Below, in pieces: positions 59,650 through 64,000 of a stretch of 64,000 bases of DNA. How positions within the stretch are numbered: position 1 is the stretch's first letter; every line of letters begins with the position of its first letter. The stretch is from an uncultured delta proteobacterium. GTDB taxonomy: Bacteria > Desulfobacterota > Binatia > UBA9968. A model generated the notes under the pieces. The model was given only the letters and a program-made list of their open reading frames with translations, made no database searches and had not been told where the DNA came from. The position numbers and the translations under genes are program-made. The DNA is taken from contig CAVTUQ010000008.1 in assembly GCA_963737905.1 (NCBI GenBank), positions 160,001-224,000 of the forward strand. Direction: 5' to 3'.

Positions 59650-60045
59650 ATGCCAGGTCAAGGAACTTGTTTTGAAGACCCTAACGGGGAAGCTAGAAAA
59701 AAGGATTCCGTTTATCACCAGGTGAAAGAGTTTCTCGACAAAGGAGAAACGATGGCGGTGGCGACCATTGTATCGACCAAAGGCTCGACCCCGCGAGAGG
59801 TCGGCGCCAAGATGGTGGTGACCGCATGGGGAGAAATCCTCGGCACGATTGGAGGTGGTTGTGGTGAAGCGGATGTCAAGCGCGAAGCCATTGAAGTGAT
59901 CCGTACGCGCAAACCGAGAATGGTTCGGATCGATCTCTTGGACGACATTTCATCGGATAGCCCGGCCGTGTGCGGAGGGATTATGAACGTATTCATCGAT
60001 CCGTGGTGGAAAGAGCGCGACCAGGAGGCATCCGCGGGCAAATGA
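59650..60045 (+). CDS. XdhC/CoxI N-terminal domain protein
   Basis: GSTPREVGAKM, GTIGGGCGE and VCGGIMNVFID. Confidence 0.85.
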   Translation: MPGQGTCFEDPNGEARKKDSVYHQVKEFLDKGETMAVATIVSTKGSTPREVGAKMVVTAWGEILGTIGGGCGEADVKREAIEVIRTRKPRMVRIDLLDDISSDSPAVCGGIMNVFIDPWWKERDQEASAGK

Positions 60046-60821
60046 GTTCCCTGTCTGAAGAGCTCGTCCGGGCCGTCGAGGAGGGCGCCGCAGCGGTGTT
60101 GGCCACAGTGATCGAAGTCGAAGGCAATGATCGGGTGGCTGCCGGCGCCAAATGCTTGATTCGCGACGGCCATATCCGAGCCGAAACGATCCGCGATCCG
60201 GGGATCGTAGAGGCCATTCTCCGGGAAAGCGCCGTCCATCTGCAAGAAGAAAAGTCAAAGCTCGTTTCACTGAATCTGCCCCAGGGCGGAGGCAAGCTGG
60301 AAGTCTTCTTCGAGGTCATGCCGGCTCCGCCGAAACTGGTGGTGGTCGGCGCCGGTCATATTGCCGTGCCTCTGGTGAAGATGGCGAAGGTTTTGGACTT
60401 CCATGTGATCGTCACCGATGATCGGCTGGCCTATGCCAATCGCGAGCGCTTTCCGGACGCCGATGAGGTCCTGGTCGGAGATATGGCGCAGATGCTCAAG
60501 GAGATGTCGATCACGCCTTCGACCTATATCGTCCTGATCACCCGGGGGCACAAATACGACGAGCCTTGCTTGCGCGAGATCATTCACAGCCAGGCGAAAT
60601 ATATCGGCATGATCGGCAGCCGGCGACGGATTAAGGCCTGTTTCCAACGGTTTCGTGACGAAGAGAAAATCGCCGAGGAGGTCATCGATCGGGTTTACGC
60701 GCCCATCGGTCTCGATATCGCGACCGAAACACCGGCTGAAATCGCGCTTTCCATTCTCGGCGAGATCATCAAAGTGAGAAGGGGCGGCAAGGCCGCGTCG
60801 CTTTCCGGCCATCAAAACTAA
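60042..60821 (+). CDS. XdhC/CoxF family protein (Rossmann-domain half)
   Basis: GAGHIA, TRGHKYD, YIGMIGSRRR and APIGLDI..ETPAEIALSI. Confidence 0.88.
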   Translation: MSSLSEELVRAVEEGAAAVLATVIEVEGNDRVAAGAKCLIRDGHIRAETIRDPGIVEAILRESAVHLQEEKSKLVSLNLPQGGGKLEVFFEVMPAPPKLVVVGAGHIAVPLVKMAKVLDFHVIVTDDRLAYANRERFPDADEVLVGDMAQMLKEMSITPSTYIVLITRGHKYDEPCLREIIHSQAKYIGMIGSRRRIKACFQRFRDEEKIAEEVIDRVYAPIGLDIATETPAEIALSILGEIIKVRRGGKAASLSGHQN

Positions 60822-60857
60822 ATTGCTTGCCTTCAACTGGCGGCGTGAGACCGAAAC

Positions 60858-61277
60858 GTGAAAGCTGCGCAAAGACTTAATGGGGTCATCTTTTCGGATC
60901 TGGGTCAAGCAGCCTCTTTTATGGGGTTGGATTGGGTCCAAGAAGCGCTAAAGAAAAGCCTGGGGTTTTCACCCTTCCCGGCGACACTCAATCTGCGACC
61001 CTGGGCGTGGGAGGATGCGCAGGTTTGGGAAGCTGTTCAAAATGCATCTAGGGGTGTTGCGCTCCCGCCGGTGAATGGCGGATTTTGTAGCGCGCGGCTT
61101 TATCAAGTTCGCATCCATCGGCCGGCGAACTCCAATGACAAAATGGATGGCGCGGTATTGCTGCCTGACGTCAGGGATTATCCAAAGGACAAAATCGAAA
61201 TTATTGCGCCGATGCGGTTGAAAGAGGCGTTGGGCGTAGAAGACGGAGACCAACTTACATTGGAGTTTGTCAATTGA
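60858..61277 (+). CDS. Archaeal-type CTP-dependent riboflavin kinase (DUF120)
   Basis: G.IFSDLGQAASF, LGFSPFPATLNL and IEIIAPMRLKEALGVEDGD. Confidence 0.75.
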   Translation: MKAAQRLNGVIFSDLGQAASFMGLDWVQEALKKSLGFSPFPATLNLRPWAWEDAQVWEAVQNASRGVALPPVNGGFCSARLYQVRIHRPANSNDKMDGAVLLPDVRDYPKDKIEIIAPMRLKEALGVEDGDQLTLEFVN

Positions 61278-61927
61278 GTAACAAAAGAAGACTGATCGTT
61301 GGTATTTCCGGGGCCACGGGAGCGGTTTATGGAGTTCGAATCCTCGAGATCCTCTCGAGGATCGAGGATATGGAAACTCATTTGGTCCTGACCAAAGCGG
61401 GCAAAATGACCATTCAGGTTGAGACTACGTACTCTGTGAAAGACGTCGAGGCTATGGCTGGCGTGGTTCATGATATTAACAACATCGGCGCGAGTATCTC
61501 CAGCGGTTCATTTCGGACCGAGGGCATGGTCATCGCCCCCTGTTCGATGAAGTCAATGGGTAGTATTGCGCACTCCATTGGCGGCGACTTGTTGGTGCGT
61601 GCGGCAGACGTCGTGTTGAAGGAGCGCAAGAAACTCGTTCTCGTCGTCCGGGAAACACCGCTTCACTTGGGACATCTTGAAGCCATGGTGACACTAACGC
61701 GCATGGGCGCGGTCGTGTTTCCGCCGGTGCCTGCTTTCTATCATCGACCTAAAACCCTGGATGAAGTGATCAACCAGACGGTTACGCGCATTTTGGATCA
61801 GTTCGACATCGATGTGAAACTATTCCACCGTTGGGACGACGAGGGGATGAGCCGCCATCCGGATGCGGGAAAGACCACGCCACTCGCCGCCGCCAAAGAG
61901 CGCCAGCAAATTAAGAAGCAACGTTGA
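61274..61927 (+). CDS. ubiX: Flavin prenyltransferase
   Basis: VGISGATG, ISSGSF, IAPCSMKS, RAADVVLKER..L...RETP and PPVPAFY. Confidence 0.93.
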   Translation: MSNKRRLIVGISGATGAVYGVRILEILSRIEDMETHLVLTKAGKMTIQVETTYSVKDVEAMAGVVHDINNIGASISSGSFRTEGMVIAPCSMKSMGSIAHSIGGDLLVRAADVVLKERKKLVLVVRETPLHLGHLEAMVTLTRMGAVVFPPVPAFYHRPKTLDEVINQTVTRILDQFDIDVKLFHRWDDEGMSRHPDAGKTTPLAAAKERQQIKKQR

Positions 61928-61948
61928 AAGCCGTCCTTCTGCCAGCTC

Positions 61949-62998
61949 ATGCCACGCCGCAGGGTCCAAAAAGCGCTTACCAAGACCCAGCAACGCAAAA
62001 AAGAACATCTCGAACTTTGCCTTGACACCACAAGCGTTACTGGCCGTTTCGGCACCGGGCTGGATCGTTATAGCTTCGTCCACAATGCCCTACCGGATCT
62101 CGACATCGACGAGATCGATGTCAGCACGAACTTCCTGGGGAAAAGACTTCAAGCGCCGATCCTTATCTCCTCAATGACCGGTGGGTTTGACCTCGCTCGG
62201 CAGGTAAATCGTAACCTGGCCGCGGCAGCCCAGCGACTGGGTCTGGCCATGGGCGTCGGCTCCCAGCGGGTTGCCATCGAAGAGCCATCGGTTGCGGATT
62301 CTTTCAAGGTTCGCGATGTAGCCCCGGACATTCTGCTGCTCTCTAACCTTGGCGCCGTGCAGCTCAACTACGGCTATACCGTCGATCATTGCCGAAGGGC
62401 CGTCGAGATGATCGGCGCCGATGGGCTGATTCTCCATCTCAACGTGTTGCAGGAAGCGGTTCAGCCAGAAGGCAATCGTAACTTTAAGGGTGTGGGCGCA
62501 AAGATCGCAGAGGTGTGCCGGGAATTGGAAGTCCCGGTTATGGTCAAGGAAGTCGGCAGCGGTATCTCCGCCGATGTGGCGGTGCGGCTAAAGCAGGCCG
62601 GCGTCAAAGCCATTGATGTGGCCGGCAGAGGTGGCACCTCGTGGTATGCGGTGGAAGCTCAACGGGCGGCAAAACAGGGGCAAGCGGCTGAGAGGACATT
62701 CGCGGACTGGGGGATCCCGACCGAAGAGGCCCTGGTCGCGGTGCGGCAAGCGGTCCCCGATCTTCAAATCGTTGCCTCAGGCGGTGTCCGCACGGGGTTA
62801 GACATTGCCAAATGTATGGCCATGGGTGCGGATATGAGCGCTTTTGGTCAGCCGTTATTGGCCGCAGCTTTGGAGTCGTCGGAGAAGGTGGTAGAATTTA
62901 TCGGCGGGATCATCCATGAGATCAAAGTCACCATGCTTTGCGTCGGCGCAAGGGACCTGGATGCCCTCAAAAAGATGCCTATTGTGCGGCGACCCTGA
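61949..62998 (+). CDS. fni: Type 2 isopentenyl-diphosphate delta-isomerase
   Basis: [37 protein letters not shown] and GRGGTSW. Confidence 0.95.
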   Translation: MPRRRVQKALTKTQQRKKEHLELCLDTTSVTGRFGTGLDRYSFVHNALPDLDIDEIDVSTNFLGKRLQAPILISSMTGGFDLARQVNRNLAAAAQRLGLAMGVGSQRVAIEEPSVADSFKVRDVAPDILLLSNLGAVQLNYGYTVDHCRRAVEMIGADGLILHLNVLQEAVQPEGNRNFKGVGAKIAEVCRELEVPVMVKEVGSGISADVAVRLKQAGVKAIDVAGRGGTSWYAVEAQRAAKQGQAAERTFADWGIPTEEALVAVRQAVPDLQIVASGGVRTGLDIAKCMAMGADMSAFGQPLLAAALESSEKVVEFIGGIIHEIKVTMLCVGARDLDALKKMPIVRRP

Positions 62999-63060
62999 CG
63001 GCTCTCCCGAGTTTCGAATTTCGAGGTGAAACCCAGGGACTCGAATCGAGCGACGCACGC

Positions 63061-63534
63061 ATGTCTGACTCCCTGAAACAGAAGGTCCTCGGTTACTTGG
63101 AAGGGCATAATACGATGACCCTGGGAACTTGTTCGGGCGATGTTCCCTGGACGGCGACGGTCTTTTATGCCAGCGAAGGCTTGCGCCTGTATTTTTTTTC
63201 GGTGCCGGATTCCCGCCATTGTCAAAACTTGACCGCCAATCCACGGGTTGCCGTGACCGTTCAAGAAGATTACCACGACTGGCAGAAGATCAAAGGTATT
63301 CAGCTGGAGGGCACCGCAGTCTTGGTGGACTCCATCGTTGAAAAGGCCAAGGCCATGACGGTTTATGCGCGGAAGTATCCGGACGTCATTAAACTTTTCA
63401 CGAATCCGGCCAGCGGCCTGTTTTATAAGGCTTTTCTCAAGGTCAAATTCTATTGCGTGATCCCACAGAAGCTTTTTTTCATCGACAATGAACAGGGGTT
63501 TGGCAAGCGGCAGGAGCTTGCTATTGATGCGTAG
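63061..63534 (+). CDS. Pyridoxamine 5'-phosphate oxidase-like (split-barrel) protein
   Basis: HNTMTLGT, PW...VFY, SRH..NL..NPRVAVTV and IKGIQLEG. Confidence 0.8.
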   Translation: MSDSLKQKVLGYLEGHNTMTLGTCSGDVPWTATVFYASEGLRLYFFSVPDSRHCQNLTANPRVAVTVQEDYHDWQKIKGIQLEGTAVLVDSIVEKAKAMTVYARKYPDVIKLFTNPASGLFYKAFLKVKFYCVIPQKLFFIDNEQGFGKRQELAIDA

Positions 63535-63576
63535 ATCGAATAAGCAGGCGAAGCGTCTAAGGATGTAGGATTTACG

Positions 63577-64000
63577 ATGTCACGACTGCTCGGAAAAGAA
63601 CTGACGGAATCACTTTTTAAGCGACTCAATGGATACGAGGTCGAGGCCTATGAGGGCAAGATCATTCCCATTTTTACGCTAGATGAAGCGGGCTGGCCGC
63701 ATCCTGCATTATTGTCCTACTACGAAGTCATAGCCAAGAACTCGACGACCCTTGACATCGCCCTATGGAAAAATAGTTCCACCGCAAAAAATCTCCGGCA
63801 GACGAATAAGATCACATTTCTGATCTGCGATAAAGGCGTTAATTATTACCTGAAAGGCAGCGTTGAAGAGTTGCAGACAGAGATACCAGGTATCCCGTTA
63901 CAGTCCCGGTTTCGCGTTACCGCGGAGCAGCTGCTGGAAGACCAGGAGCCCAACGCTGAGATCACGAGCGGCATGACCTATAGGCGTCAGAGAGCGCGGG
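63577..64000 (+). CDS. Split-barrel flavin-binding protein (truncated by window end; absent from the ORF track)
   Basis: ATG 63577 with AGGA RBS. The frame is open to the end: ...FTLDEAGWPHPALLSYYEV...IALWKNSSTAKNLRQ...LLEDQEPNAEITSGMTY. Confidence 0.75.
   Translation, partial: MSRLLGKELTESLFKRLNGYEVEAYEGKIIPIFTLDEAGWPHPALLSYYEVIAKNSTTLDIALWKNSSTAKNLRQTNKITFLICDKGVNYYLKGSVEELQTEIPGIPLQSRFRVTAEQLLEDQEPNAEITSGMTYRRQRAR

Overview
Bacterial cell-surface and accessory region, followed by housekeeping genes. The gene content suggests a deltaproteobacteria-like organism, possibly Ca. Binatia (inference only). From left to right: (1) 1.2-10.8 kb: four secreted proteins with unrelated N-terminal domains (subtilase, beta-propeller, FN3/InlB-B adhesin, PQQ sugar dehydrogenase) all end in the same six-repeat FG-GAP-like module. 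One is preceded by a c-di-GMP-I riboswitch, and relics of a different 'FVLNPDF' repeat module flank the first gene. (2) 10.8-28.6 kb: a partly decaying glycan synthesis and decoration cluster with multidomain glycosyltransferases, five intact methyltransferase domains, a GH-A/methyltransferase fusion and an interrupted sulfotransferase. (3) 29-33.6 kb: two paralogous signal-peptide fibre proteins with 17-aa repeats and a Peptidase_S74 chaperone domain flank a HEPN-like ORF and a DNA ligase remnant. (4) 33.6-44.9 kb: rmlACDB lies between duplicated segments containing TA remnants, followed by GT2, GT4, a WcaJ-like priming transferase, an O-antigen-ligase-like protein and a cupin. (5) 44.9-57 kb: a type II secretion cluster whose secretin carries a SPOR domain. 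(6) 57.5-64 kb: coxD/coxE/xdhC maturation genes, then a putative prenylated-FMN supply module (CTP-type riboflavin kinase, ubiX, fni, two split-barrel flavoproteins). The best novelty candidates are the shared FG-GAP module as a sorting or glycan-anchoring device linked to the glycan and T2SS loci, and the prFMN module. No rRNA, tRNA, CRISPR array or intact transposase was recognised. All family calls come from motif recognition by eye; no searches were run.
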